Positions 47,190 to 64,000 of a stretch of DNA of 64,000 nt are shown in pieces (position 1 is the stretch's first letter; every line of letters begins with the position of its first letter). The stretch is from an uncultured Verrucomicrobiae bacterium (GTDB lineage: Bacteria; Verrucomicrobiota; Verrucomicrobiia; Chthoniobacterales; Chthoniobacteraceae), in NCBI GenBank assembly GCA_963769025.1, contig CAVYKI010000009.1:64001-128000 (forward strand), given 5' to 3'. The position numbers were made by a program, and so were the translations under genes. The notes below the pieces were generated by a model. The model was not told the DNA's origin. It worked only from the letters and a program-made list of their open reading frames with translations, and did not search any database.

Positions 47190-49066
47190 CGCAGGATCGT
47201 GCGGCGCCAGACCTCGTAGAGCCAGAGGGAGTAAAAGATGCGCACGCCATCCCACCGGCCGGCGACGGTGTCCTCCCACGCGGCGGTGAGCAGCTTGCGG
47301 TCGAGTTGTTCGCAGACGGCGGAGTTGGCGGCGAAGAGTTCGTCCCGCACGCGGTCGTGCAGCGGACCGGCGAACCACCGCGCGAGCGGGACCGGGAAGC
47401 CGAGCTTCGGGCGGTTCATCGGCTCGCTGAGCTTCCGTGCGAGCACCTTGCGGAGGATGAATTTGCCGGGGCCGCCGGCCGGCAGTTTCAGCGACGAGGG
47501 GATGCGGGCGGCAATCCTTCGCGACCTCGATGTCGAGGATGGGAGTCCGCAGCTCGATGCTCGCGCCCATGCTCATCTTGTCGGCCTTTTGAAGGAGCGA
47601 CTCGGCGAGCTGCCAGCGGATGTCGAAGCAGAGCAGTTCGCTCAGCCGGTCGCGCTGCGGGCGGAAAATGTCAGCGCCGAGAATGCCCGTCGCGCCGTGG
47701 AGTTCCGCGAGTTGAGACGTCCGAAATCCGCGGGGATTGGACACGTCGCCGGGGAAACCCTCGATGCGCAGCATCGCCATTTCCGCTGCGGTGGAACTGC
47801 ACGCCCGCCATCGCATGCGGGACCAGCGGGACGGACTCGCAAAGCAGCCGCCCGGCAATATCCGGCGCCATCGTCGCAGGCCGTTCCGTCCGCTCCATCG
47901 TCGCGAGCATTCCCGCGTAGCGGCCCTCGTAGCCGGCGAAAAGTTCGTCGCTGCCTTCGCCGCTGAGCAGCACCTTCACATGGTTGCGCGCGAGTTCGCA
48001 GACTTTCAGAACGGCGAAGGCGGCGGGATCGCCGACGGGTTCATCGAGATGCCATGCGATGCGTTCGATGTTGTCGGCGAGATCGGTCGCCGTGAGTTCG
48101 AGCGCGTGGTGTTTGCTGCCGATCTCCTTCGCGGTTTTCGCAGCGCCGATCAGTTCGCTGTCCTCCGCGCCAAAGCCGACCGTGAACGTCTGCATCGTGC
48201 CGCCTTGCAGTTCCTGCGCGTAGGCGGACACCGTCGCGCGAGTCGAGCCCGCTGCTGAGCAGCACGCCGACCGGCACGTCTGCGCGCAGGTGGACGCGCA
48301 CGCTGTCCTTGAGCACGGCGTCGAGCGCATCCGCGGCATCGTCGGGGTCCGTCAGGTCGGGCTTTTTGGAAAGGTCGTAGCGCCATTCTCGCACGCCGGC
48401 GGTATTGCCCGGGGCGTCGAGTTCCACTTGCAGCCACTGTCCCGGCTGGAGCTTGCGGATTTCGGCGAAGTGCGTCTGGCCGGCCGGCGCGACGGGCGGG
48501 AGCGACAGCCATGCGGCGTATTCCAGAAAGGCTTCAGGCCGGAGTTCGCGGTTCACCCATGGCAGCGCGAGGAGGCATTTCAGCTCGGAGCCGAATGCAA
48601 AGCGACCGTCGCGTTTTGTCCAGTACAGGGGTTTCTGCCCAAAGTGATCGCGCGCCAGCAGCAGGCGGCGGCGTGCCTGGTCGAGGATGCAAAACGCGAA
48701 CATGCCGCGCAGCCGCTCGGACATGTCGGCGCCCATCTCTTCGTAAAGATGCAGGAGCACCTCGGTGTCGGAGTGGGTGCAGAAGCGGTGCCCCTTGCCC
48801 TCTAGTTCCGTCCGGAGTTCGACGTAGTTGTAGATCTCGCCATTGAACACGACGGCGATCGTCCCGTCCTCGTTCCAGATCGGCTGTGCGCCGCCTTTGA
48901 GATCGATGATGGAGAGCCGGCGCATCCCGATGGCGAGACCGTCCGGCTTTGAAATGTGTGTGCCTTCCCCGTCCGGTCCGCGGTGGGCGATGCGCGCGAG
49001 CATGCGACCGAGCGCCCCGGCGAGGTCGGACTCTGAACGATCAACGATGCCTGCAATGCCGCACAT
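47186..49066 (-). CDS. asnB: Asparagine synthase-like amidotransferase (three apparent frameshifts at ~48239, ~47880, ~47516)
   Basis: MCGIAG, HRGPD, RRLSIID, FNGEIYN, SDTEV, RDHFGQKPLY, LSSGLDS, LSGEGSDELFAGY, KADKMSM, ELRTPILD, KLGF spread over four frame segments. Confidence 0.88.
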
Positions 49067-49165
49067 GGGAATGGGTGGGGTTTTGAGGCTGTCTGAGCGA
49101 AGCGCGTGCCATGGACTCAGCGCGCGATGTCGCGTGCGGTGCACCGGCGCGGCGTCGGGGCATGC

Positions 49166-50077
49166 TCACCGCGATTCCCCCGCGAGGAGCACGGGACGGA
49201 GGCGCTTCAGTCCGTCGCCGAAAAACCGGTCGCGGACGGTTCCGACGTAATGGCGCGCCACGGAGTCTTCTGCGGCGTTCTTGCTGAGCGAGATCTCGTA
49301 GGATTTCGGAAGCAGGCCGCCCCGGCCGTACCGCGATGCGCAGAGCGCGAAGAGTGTCTGCTCCACGCACTGGAGGGAGCCTTTCAGGATGCTCGTCTCG
49401 CCGAGGATCCGGTCGCAGAACTCAAAGTCGATCGCCTCCTTCGTGATGAGCGCGATGCCTGTGTTCACGCGTGGCCAGAGTTGCACGCCCAAGTCCTCGA
49501 TCGCATCCCTTTCCGGGAGGAGACTGTTTTCCGTGACGTCCTCGGCGAACCAGCATTCCTTCGCGCCATTGCCGACCCAGTCCATGATCTCGCGAGGGTG
49601 ATTGAAGAAGAGCACGTCGCTGTCGAGCATGATGAAGCGCGGAGCTTCGCAGTAGTACGGCATGTCGAAGATCTTCAGCGCGAGCGGATGCATGCCGCGG
49701 TACTCGTATGCCAAGGGGAGGGACTTCAGCGCGGCGTCGAGCGTGGCGTCGGCCTGGGCGCGGGGGATGATGCGGGCGGTCTTGAACAACGTCGCGAGTT
49801 CGCGGCGCATCTCGTCGGTGAGCGTCCCGTCATCGTGAATGACGACGCTCCACGTGTGCTCGGTGTGATGGAAGAAGCTGGCGAGCATCCACGCGCAGAA
49901 CTGCCAGTCCTTTTCGCCGGTGAGGACGTGGATCGGCACCGACATCGGCGCGTCGTTCCAAAACGGCCAGTTCCATTTCTGGATCAGGGGCCTGACTTTG
50001 TAGTCGTGGTAGCTGGCGCTCCACCCGCGTTTCGTGTCGCGTTTGAGCAGCCGCCACAGCCGTCCCGGTGAAATCAT
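49166..50077 (-). CDS. Putative GT-A fold (GT8-like) nucleotide-sugar transferase
   Basis: IHDDGTL, LKIFD, DxD motif MLDSDVLFF, VNTG, EQT, RHY; lies in a glycan operon. Confidence 0.65.
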   Translation of the reverse strand: MISPGRLWRLLKRDTKRGWSASYHDYKVRPLIQKWNWPFWNDAPMSVPIHVLTGEKDWQFCAWMLASFFHHTEHTWSVVIHDDGTLTDEMRRELATLFKTARIIPRAQADATLDAALKSLPLAYEYRGMHPLALKIFDMPYYCEAPRFIMLDSDVLFFNHPREIMDWVGNGAKECWFAEDVTENSLLPERDAIEDLGVQLWPRVNTGIALITKEAIDFEFCDRILGETSILKGSLQCVEQTLFALCASRYGRGGLLPKSYEISLSKNAAEDSVARHYVGTVRDRFFGDGLKRLRPVLLAGESR

Positions 50078-50208
50078 GTCTGCTTATGACGCTTGAAAGC
50101 GGCGAATCTGGCAAGCGCGGCGTTCTTGGGCATTTGTGGTGTTCCCCGATGTGCTGGAGACGCATGGGAAGGGATGGCCGGCAACGCTGGCGGCGGTTCT
50201 GCAAAGGC

Positions 50209-51348
50209 TCACGATGCGGAAGGGGAACCGAGGATGTTTCCGTAACGTGCGGTGCAATGATCAACGACGCGCGCCCAGGAAAAGCGCCGCGCGAAAGCCG
50301 TGCAGGCGTTGGCATCGAAACGGATCGCGCCGGCAAGAAACCGCGTCAGCGCTGCGGAGATCGTGTCCGGGGTCACGGTGTCGAGCAGGATGCCGCTCAC
50401 GTTCTCCTCGACGGCTTCGACGGCACCGCCGATCCGGGCGGCCAGCACCGGGCAGCCGCAGGCGTTTGCTTCGAGATAGACGAGGCCGAACCCTTCGTAC
50501 GCGACCGGCGTCGCGGAGGTCGGCAGGATGAACAGGTCGCTGTCGAGCAAGTGCTCACGCAGCGTCTCCATCCCGAGAAAGCCCGTAAAGGTCACCCGGT
50601 CGCCGAGACGGAGTTCCGCGGTGAGGCGCTCGTATTCCGTCCGGAGTTCGCCGTCGCCGATCACGGTGTAGTGGAATGCGGGATCGCCCTTGAGTTGCGC
50701 GAGGGCACGGAGCACGAGGTCGACATTCTTGTGTCGCTCGGCGAGGCGGCACACGGTCACAAGTCGCGTCACTCCCGGCCGACGCGGAGGACGGCGAAGC
50801 GCGAAGTATTCCTCGGAGATTCCCACCATGGCCGGGGAGCTCCTGCCGCGGCATGCGGGATTCTTTTCGATGAAGCGGCGCTCGGTATAGCGGCTGTTTG
50901 CGAAAACGTGCGCCGCTTGGGGAAGGGCGCGGCGGACGAGTGCCGTCGTCAGCCAGTCGCCGATCCAGCGATCGAGCCGGCTGCCGAACTTCAACCGCGG
51001 CGCAAAGTCGAGCCGCTCGACGGGAAAGTACGGACTGAGAAAATCGTTTCCATGAACCGTGACGAAAACCGGTGAGGCTTCCAGTGCCAGCCACGAATAC
51101 GCGGCGTTCATCGCGTGCCACACGTCATACGATCGATCCTGCAAGATGCGGCGATCCGCACGGCGTCGAAGCTGGAGCACTGGTTCGATTCGAAACGGCG
51201 CATCTGACAATTCACCGCTCGGATGCGCCTGGGTGAAAACGGTGACGTCATGCCTGCGGGCGGCCAGCTCCTTTGCGAACTCGTAGCTGTAGGTCTGGAC
51301 GCCGCCTGTCTCGGGCGGGAATTCGGGCGAGACGATCGCGATCTTCAT
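50209..51348 (-). CDS. Glycosyltransferase family 4 (GT-B)
   Basis: EFPPETGGVQTY, TVHGND, VCRLAERHKN, EGFGLVYLEANACGCPV. Confidence 0.93.
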   Translation of the reverse strand: MKIAIVSPEFPPETGGVQTYSYEFAKELAARRHDVTVFTQAHPSGELSDAPFRIEPVLQLRRRADRRILQDRSYDVWHAMNAAYSWLALEASPVFVTVHGNDFLSPYFPVERLDFAPRLKFGSRLDRWIGDWLTTALVRRALPQAAHVFANSRYTERRFIEKNPACRGRSSPAMVGISEEYFALRRPPRRPGVTRLVTVCRLAERHKNVDLVLRALAQLKGDPAFHYTVIGDGELRTEYERLTAELRLGDRVTFTGFLGMETLREHLLDSDLFILPTSATPVAYEGFGLVYLEANACGCPVLAARIGGAVEAVEENVSGILLDTVTPDTISAALTRFLAGAIRFDANACTAFARRFSWARVVDHCTARYGNILGSPSAS

Positions 51349-52364
51349 GGCTGGGTGTCGCCTGGCATTTCTGAACAGGCAGCGGTCCGGGTCACGGGAG
51401 CGCGGGAGTGTTGGAGGCACTCGAGGAAGCCATCCTTGACCAGACGGCGCATGCCATCCCGATACATCAGGTGCCGGATCGGCCCCGTGTAGTGGCGTGA
51501 CGGCGCGCCGGGGGGCGCGGCGTCGAGGCGCACATCGTATTCCGGTGGCAGCATTTCAAATCCAAACCGGGCTGAACAAAGTGCGATGAGCGTTTGCTCG
51601 ATCTGATGGGGGTGACTCAGGATTCCCGGCAGCGCCAAAAATTCCTCCACCCAGGCGGGTGAAAGCGATCCACGATGGATCAGGCCGAGCCCTGAGTTGA
51701 TCAACGGCGGGAATTCGAAATCGACCATGGACTGCAGTGCGTCGGGTTTGATCGTGTAACCGTCCCTCCAATCCTTGTTCAGGCTGTTGTGGCGCACGCG
51801 GGGATCGTCGATCAACGCGAGCAGCGCTGTGGGGCGCTGGAAGAAAAGAATGTCACTGTCGAGCAGGCACATTCGCTCGGCGTTCAGAAAGGCGGCGAAG
51901 TCAAAGACCTTGAGCGCCAATTTGTTCGAGGCGCGAAAGGACTGGCAGCGCGGATGCGCGGCGAGCAGCGGGACGACGTCACGATCGGCCTCGGTGCGGC
52001 GGATCAGGCGGGCATTTGGAAAAGTCGCGCGGAGATGACCGCAAGCGGTTTCGCTGAGTGTTCCGTCGTCGTGGATGCAAAGCGCGAAGCGGCGCTGCGA
52101 CCAATGGTAGAATGTCTTCAGCGCCCAAACCAGGTTGAGCCAGTCTTCTGCCGAAGTGAGGACATGAATTTCGCAACTGGTGTCGTCGGTTTCCGAAAAC
52201 GGTTTTGCGGCGAGGATCTGAGGCCGGACGAAGTCGCGATAGTACGCTGCGCGCCAGCCGTGACGGAGCTTGGTGCGGAGGAGATACAGCACGCGGCCCG
52301 GTGTGACGCGGTGGGCCGTCAGTTCATCGTGGAGGACGCGCGCGGCGATGCTCAGGCGGTTCAT
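51345..52364 (-). CDS. Putative GT-A fold (GT8-like) nucleotide-sugar transferase, paralog of 49166-50077
   Basis: IHDDGTL, LKVFD, LLDSDILFF, INSG, EQTL, RHY. Confidence 0.65.
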   Translation of the reverse strand: MNRLSIAARVLHDELTAHRVTPGRVLYLLRTKLRHGWRAAYYRDFVRPQILAAKPFSETDDTSCEIHVLTSAEDWLNLVWALKTFYHWSQRRFALCIHDDGTLSETACGHLRATFPNARLIRRTEADRDVVPLLAAHPRCQSFRASNKLALKVFDFAAFLNAERMCLLDSDILFFQRPTALLALIDDPRVRHNSLNKDWRDGYTIKPDALQSMVDFEFPPLINSGLGLIHRGSLSPAWVEEFLALPGILSHPHQIEQTLIALCSARFGFEMLPPEYDVRLDAAPPGAPSRHYTGPIRHLMYRDGMRRLVKDGFLECLQHSRAPVTRTAACSEMPGDTQP

Positions 52365-52455
52365 CCTCTTTCCTCCATGGTGGCCGATGTGCGCGTGGGT
52401 TCGGCGCGTTTCCGGCTTCGTTCTGGCAAATGCGACCGCTGTGTGCCGGCGGCAA

Positions 52456-53406
52456 TCATCGCGGCAGATCGGGGCACGACCTGTTCCAGAGCCGTCCGAC
52501 GCATGCGCTGAAAAGACGCTTCCGCACATCCGGGACCAGCAGCCACGCCGGGCTGGCTGCGAGTGCCCTGAGGAATCCGGGCCTGGCACCGTGATCGAGT
52601 TGATAACGGTCGTAGGCGAGATGCGCGCGCAGTGTGAGGCGCTTCCACAGGCTGATGGGCGGATGGGCGTCGAGAGCCCTGCAGACGACACCGCGGATTT
52701 CATGGTTTGCCTTTTCCCGGGCGTTGGATTTCTGCCCTTCGTGGATGCGGAAGCGCGCGAGCACCTCCGGGATGTGGCCGATGCGCGCACCGGCGATGAT
52801 GCAGCGGACCCAAAAGTCGAAGTCGAACGCGAGGTTCAGGTGCGTGTCGAAGCCGTTCACCTTTTCCCAGAGGCTGCGGCGGAAAAAAACCTCCGGCTGC
52901 ACCCACTGGCGGTTCTTCCACCAGACGTTGTAGATATCGAGCATCTCGGACAGGGAGCCGATGCGGCCGCTGTGGATGCCGGTGGGCCGGCCATCGGAAT
53001 CAATCCACTCGATCTGGCCATAGACAAGATCCACCTCGGGATGGTCGCGGAAAAATGTGATCACGCGTTGCGCGGCGCCGGGCGCGAGAAGGTCGTCGCC
53101 GTTGATGAAGCCGATGATGTCGCCGCCCATCCGCCGAATGGCGCGGTTGATCGCGTCCGACTGTCCGGCGTCGGGCTCGCTGCGCACCGTGTCGCCTTCG
53201 CGTGCGAACGAGCGCGCGATTTCCGCCGTGCGATCCTGCGACGCACCGTCCTGGAGCCACCAGCGCAGTGAGGGACCCTGGGCATTCAGGGATTCCAGTG
53301 TGGCAGGCAGAAACGCCTCCGCATTGAACACCGGAAGCGCGAGCACCAGTTGATCTCCTGCCCCCGCGTCGCGCGCGGCGGAATTGTTGATTGCCCGATC
53401 CGTCAT
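52456..53406 (-). CDS. Glycosyltransferase family 2 (WcaE/WfgS-like)
   Basis: PVFN, DGASQD, SEPDAGQSDAIN, FINGDD, QPEVFFR, FDFDFW, FRIHEGQKS. Confidence 0.9.
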   Translation of the reverse strand: MTDRAINNSAARDAGAGDQLVLALPVFNAEAFLPATLESLNAQGPSLRWWLQDGASQDRTAEIARSFAREGDTVRSEPDAGQSDAINRAIRRMGGDIIGFINGDDLLAPGAAQRVITFFRDHPEVDLVYGQIEWIDSDGRPTGIHSGRIGSLSEMLDIYNVWWKNRQWVQPEVFFRRSLWEKVNGFDTHLNLAFDFDFWVRCIIAGARIGHIPEVLARFRIHEGQKSNAREKANHEIRGVVCRALDAHPPISLWKRLTLRAHLAYDRYQLDHGARPGFLRALAASPAWLLVPDVRKRLFSACVGRLWNRSCPDLPR

Positions 53407-54344
53407 GCGGGTCTTGGCGCAGACTTTCCGGAAAGGCGCGCACAGAGTGCGACACGATCCTTCGAGGCGAGGAGATTGACGTTTGGAAAATGCTCGCGCG
53501 GCGGGAACGGACGGACGTCTTCTGCACGGGGGCTGACCGAGAACAGGGCGTAGCCTAGGCGCTCCAATGCGCGATACAATTCGCCGCAGGAGGTGCCGGC
53601 GAGTCGTGCGGCTTCCTCGGTGAATTCGATGCAGAGGACGGGCGCATCATCCCTGGAAAGAAATTCCTGCGCTCCGAGAAGGACCTGGTTCTCCCAGCCC
53701 TCGACGTCGATTTTCAGCGTGCAACGCGGGCCGGCGAGCCGGTGGTCGAGCGCGAACCGGTCGAGGGTCATGGTTGTGACCGTTTCCGATCCGGAGATCT
53801 CGCCCATGTAGGGAGTGCCGAGTGAATTCCACGCGTCAAAGCCGCCATCGGCGAGCGTCAGTTGCGCCTGTGCGTTTTCGTGCGAAAGCGCGACACGGTG
53901 GCAGGTGACGTTGCGGAGGCCGTTGAGCTTTACGTTTTCGGAGAGCCGCTCAAAAGTGTGCGAGCAAGGCTCGAAGGCGTGGACGTGGCCGTGCGGCCCG
54001 ACGACGCGCGCGGCAGTGAGCGTGTAAAGGCCGACGTTGGCGCCGACATCGAGGAACGTGTCGCCGGGGCGGAGGAATGCCTCGAAAAAGTCCCGTGTCT
54101 CCGTCTCGAAGCCGCCGAAATACAACATTTCACAAAGCCGGCTGTCTCCGTGGAGATTCATCCGCACGCCCGGGGCGACGCTGCTGACGAGCGAGCCCGG
54201 TGTGTTGCGAATCTTTTCCCACCGGGCGGAGTGGCGGGTGAACCAGCGATTGTGAAACCCGATGCGGATGCGCCGCGGCACACAGGTCTCGTACGCGGAG
54301 CGCGCGAGGCGGCCAAGGGCGGAGGCAAGGCTGTGCGGTTTCAT
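53403..54344 (-). CDS. FkbM family SAM-dependent methyltransferase
   Basis: FLDVGANVG, VHAFEP, TLD, LKIDVEGWE. Confidence 0.92.
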   Translation of the reverse strand: MKPHSLASALGRLARSAYETCVPRRIRIGFHNRWFTRHSARWEKIRNTPGSLVSSVAPGVRMNLHGDSRLCEMLYFGGFETETRDFFEAFLRPGDTFLDVGANVGLYTLTAARVVGPHGHVHAFEPCSHTFERLSENVKLNGLRNVTCHRVALSHENAQAQLTLADGGFDAWNSLGTPYMGEISGSETVTTMTLDRFALDHRLAGPRCTLKIDVEGWENQVLLGAQEFLSRDDAPVLCIEFTEEAARLAGTSCGELYRALERLGYALFSVSPRAEDVRPFPPREHFPNVNLLASKDRVALCARLSGKSAPRPA

Positions 54345-55663
54345 CACGGTGCGACGGCGGTCAGCGGTGCGACGCTCTCGACTTTCCAAGGGATGGCCGG
54401 GCAGACCACGCCTGGCCAGGTCTCGGGGAAGTGGGAAGCCTGGTTGCCGACGCCGGAGACGGTGAACGAGAGGCATTCGCGATCCGGGATCAGCCAGCGC
54501 TCGCCCGCGATGCCGCAGCCGACGGCCATCACATAAGTGCGGCAGTTGAGCAGGCGGCCGGGGATTGTGCAGGTGGTCCGGTAATGCCCGGGGAGTTGTG
54601 ATTCCGGCTGATGAATGTGATCCGTCGCCGCGAATGCGAGCTCGCCCTCCTGCGTTCGCAGCAGCATATGGAACCGATTGCCCTGGATGCGTCGCTTCAC
54701 GTGGTAATGGATTTCGACGCTGATCGGCTGGTCGGCTGTGAAAATTTCGAGGGTGTTGCCGTCGTCGCCGAAGAGTCGCACGCGCTCGAGCGCGATTTCC
54801 TCATTGCCCGGGGCATCGCCGGATTCCCAGGCGATCTCGCCGATTGCGGAATTTCCTCCAGGCACGGTTGCGGTGAGATATTCACGAATCACCTCGTCTG
54901 GCGTGCCTTGGTGGGTGAGTCGCCCGTCGTGGACGAGGATTGCCTGTTCGCACAGCGCGCGGATGGCACCCATGTTATGGCTCACGAAAAAGACCGTCCG
55001 GCCCTGTTGCGAAGCGACCTCGCCCATTTTGCCGAGACATTTTTTCTGGAAGCCCGCGTCGCCCACCGCGAGCACCTCGTCGATGAACAGGATTTCCGGT
55101 TCGAGGTGCGCGGCCACGGCGAAGGCGAGGCGGACAAACATGCCGCTGGAGTAGCGCTTCACCGGCGTGTCGATGAAATGCTCGATCTCGGCAAACGCGA
55201 CGATCTCGTCGAACTTCGCGCTGATTTCCCAGCGCTTCATTCCGAGGATGGTCCCGTTGAGGAAGATATTCTCGCGGCCGGTGAGGTCCGGGTGAAAACC
55301 GGTGCCGACCTCGAGCAGCGAGGCGAGGCGTCCGCGGAGGATTGCGCGCCCGCTCGTCGGTTCGGTGATTCGCGAGAGAATCTTCAGCAGCGTGCTTTTT
55401 CCGGCGCCGTTGCGTCCGACGATGCCGACGACTTCGCCGGCATTTGCGGAAAAGCTGATGTCGCGGATCGCCCAGAAAGTGCCCGGCTTCGGACCTTCGC
55501 GGCCCACGAGTGCGGGAGGGGTCCGTTTGGGCTGTGTGCCGTTGCCGCTGCGGCCGCGGAGGCGCGAGGAGATGCGCTCCAGCGTGTCGCGCATGCTGGT
55601 CGCGCCGATGCTGCCGAGGCGGTATAGCTTGGAAAGCGATTCGACTTCGACGCGCGGCTTCAT
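54344..55663 (-). CDS. wzt: Glycan ABC exporter ATP-binding protein with C-terminal carbohydrate-binding domain
   Basis: GRNGAGKSTLLK, LLEVGTGFHPDLTGREN, PVKRYSSGM, IDEVLAVGD, VSHN, plus ~170-aa C-terminal beta domain. Confidence 0.94.
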   Translation of the reverse strand: MKPRVEVESLSKLYRLGSIGATSMRDTLERISSRLRGRSGNGTQPKRTPPALVGREGPKPGTFWAIRDISFSANAGEVVGIVGRNGAGKSTLLKILSRITEPTSGRAILRGRLASLLEVGTGFHPDLTGRENIFLNGTILGMKRWEISAKFDEIVAFAEIEHFIDTPVKRYSSGMFVRLAFAVAAHLEPEILFIDEVLAVGDAGFQKKCLGKMGEVASQQGRTVFFVSHNMGAIRALCEQAILVHDGRLTHQGTPDEVIREYLTATVPGGNSAIGEIAWESGDAPGNEEIALERVRLFGDDGNTLEIFTADQPISVEIHYHVKRRIQGNRFHMLLRTQEGELAFAATDHIHQPESQLPGHYRTTCTIPGRLLNCRTYVMAVGCGIAGERWLIPDRECLSFTVSGVGNQASHFPETWPGVVCPAIPWKVESVAPLTAVAP

Positions 55664-55768
55664 GGTGCAAAGACGATTTCCATTTCCGTGACTGAAAACA
55701 TGGGGCGGGGCGCGGACGTGATGGACGTGCGCGGCAGTTGCGGTGCCGTGCGGGCGATGGAAACTGAT

Positions 55769-56656
55769 TTACACACTGTCGGTCACCGTCCTTTCCGCGC
55801 GGCCGAAAGCCACGACTCCGAGCAGCAGGATGATCACGCTCGCGAGCGCCGAGACTCCGAGCATCGCGGGATCCAGCGTACCTTTTCCGACGAGTGCATA
55901 GCGGAAGCCCTCGACGACGGGAGCCATCGGATTCATCCACGCGATCCATGCCCAGCGGCCGTCGCCGCCGGTGAGTTTGGCGAGCGGATAGATGACCGGA
56001 GTGGCAAACATCCAGAGCTGGATCAGCACCGGCGTGAGATGCGTGAGGTCGCGGTACTTTGCCGTCGTCGCCGAAATGAGAAGGCTCAGGCCGAGGCTGA
56101 GCACCGCCGCGATCAGGAGCAGCGGAATCGCGAGAAGCATCGAGGGGCCAAAGTGGACGGAACTCCCGCGGAGCGCGAACCAGCCGGCGAAAAGCAGGAA
56201 GACTGCAAACTGCAGGAGGACCGCGAAAAGATTCGAGAGCACGTTCGAGATCGGCACCACGAGCCGCGGGAAATAGACCTTGCCGAAGAGCTGGGCATTC
56301 GCCGTGAACGTGAGCGCGCCGGTGGTGACATTTTGCGAAAAGTAACCCCACGGCAGCAGCGCGCAGAGATAGAAGAGCACCGGCGGAATGCCGCCGGTTT
56401 CAATTCCGGCCACCTGGTTGAAGACAATGGTGAAGACCGCCGTATTCAGCAGCGGCTGGATGATGAACCAGAGCGGGCCGAGGACGGTCTGCTTGTACTT
56501 CGCGAGAAAATCGCGGCGCACAAGCACGAGGAGCAGATCGCGGTAGTCCCAAAGTTCGCGCCAGTCCACGCGCAGCCAGCCGGTGCGGGCTTCGATGTGA
56601 ATTTCGTAGTCCGGCGGAATGCCGGACACAGCCTTGCTGGTTTGCAAGTTGTCCAT
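55769..56656 (-). CDS. wzm: Glycan ABC exporter permease
   Basis: RDF..KYKQTVLG.LW...QP, KVYFPR, KYRD, ATPVIYP, NPMAPVVEGFR. Confidence 0.94.
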   Translation of the reverse strand: MDNLQTSKAVSGIPPDYEIHIEARTGWLRVDWRELWDYRDLLLVLVRRDFLAKYKQTVLGPLWFIIQPLLNTAVFTIVFNQVAGIETGGIPPVLFYLCALLPWGYFSQNVTTGALTFTANAQLFGKVYFPRLVVPISNVLSNLFAVLLQFAVFLLFAGWFALRGSSVHFGPSMLLAIPLLLIAAVLSLGLSLLISATTAKYRDLTHLTPVLIQLWMFATPVIYPLAKLTGGDGRWAWIAWMNPMAPVVEGFRYALVGKGTLDPAMLGVSALASVIILLLGVVAFGRAERTVTDSV

Positions 56657-56665
56657 GGTGGTCGG

Positions 56666-57317
56666 CTACACGCTCCAATGCCAGCAGGCCAGCATCCACT
56701 CGTTGCCCTCGCTCGCCACGGCACCGGCGTAGCCGGGGGCGGGGCGCAGGTTCCTGACGCCAAAGCGATCCGGGCAGAATCTCGAGCCGAGTCCGCCGCC
56801 TTCGGCTTTCACGCACGCCTCCTTGCGAGTCCAAAGGTCGAAGAATCGGGGCGCGCGTTCATGCTCCGGCGCGGTGCGGAGATCCCATGCCTCACTGGGC
56901 TCGAAGTAGTGCTCGATGATTGGATCGAATTCGATGTCCCGCTGCACCCGCTCGACATCCACGCCGACCTCGCGGCCGCGAGTGACGGCGATCAGAGCGA
57001 GATCGCCAGAGTGGCTGAGATTGAAGCGCAGGTCGGTGAATGTCTGCACGAGCGCGGGCTTCCCCATCGGCCCGGTGCGAAACTCGAGCGATGCGGGATC
57101 CGTCCGCTGGTAAAGGCCGAGCACCATGCGCAGTGCGCCATGCGCAGCGATGAAGCGGTCGCGGTCGAGCGGCTGGACGAAGCGTCCGGCGCGGAGGATT
57201 TCGTCGCGGGAGAGCACCGCCTCCGCACCGGAAAGGCGCGTCGGATTGTCGAGCGACGCACGCCAGAGATGGATTTCGCCCGGTGCGAGTTGCGGATGTA
57301 CGGGCCCGGCGGGCCAG

Positions 57318-57337
<20 letters not shown>
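56666..57337 (-). CDS. Sfp-type 4'-phosphopantetheinyl transferase
   Basis: GKP, FNLSHSG, VGVDVE, WTRKEACVKAEG. Confidence 0.94.

Positions 57338-64000
<6,663 letters not shown>

Noticed and set aside
47190..47858. Apparent AsnB-GT2 fusion in the 530-aa ORF
   Set aside because: Caused by the frameshift at ~47516; the AsnB C-terminus lies in another frame ending at 47186 and the GT2 has its own ATG at 47189.

Overview
GC-rich bacterial chromosome segment with about 48 genes and no rRNA, tRNA, CRISPR array or transposase that I can recognise. Gene content (RNase HIII, ARC/Mpa-type proteasome ATPase, PUR-domain protein, tandem DUF1080 proteins, a PVC-type haem-binding dehydrogenase, short TPR protein) suggests Verrucomicrobiota or another PVC lineage; this is inference. 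Positions 1-46 kb hold mixed housekeeping and accessory genes: rnhC, a Zn/Mn ABC operon, arc, a saccharopine-dehydrogenase-like gene with two ALDHs, lptF/G, pfkA, rmlBD, yacG, a ~2,200-aa secreted protein with duplicated macroglobulin-like modules, dsbD-like, a hybrid kinase, cls, ruvB and ybaB. Positions 46.3-64 kb are one tightly packed minus-strand operon. In it a hybrid PKS-NRPS (KS-AT-ACP-C-A-PCP-TE, Cys-type TE, 5' end outside the window) and an Sfp-type PPTase run directly into Wzm/Wzt glycan export genes, an FkbM methyltransferase, five glycosyltransferase-like genes and an AsnB amidotransferase. This is the best candidate for an undescribed system. Eight frameshifts in five genes are each repairable by removing one base, which points to long-read sequencing error rather than true pseudogenes. 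All calls come from manual motif reading, not database searches.
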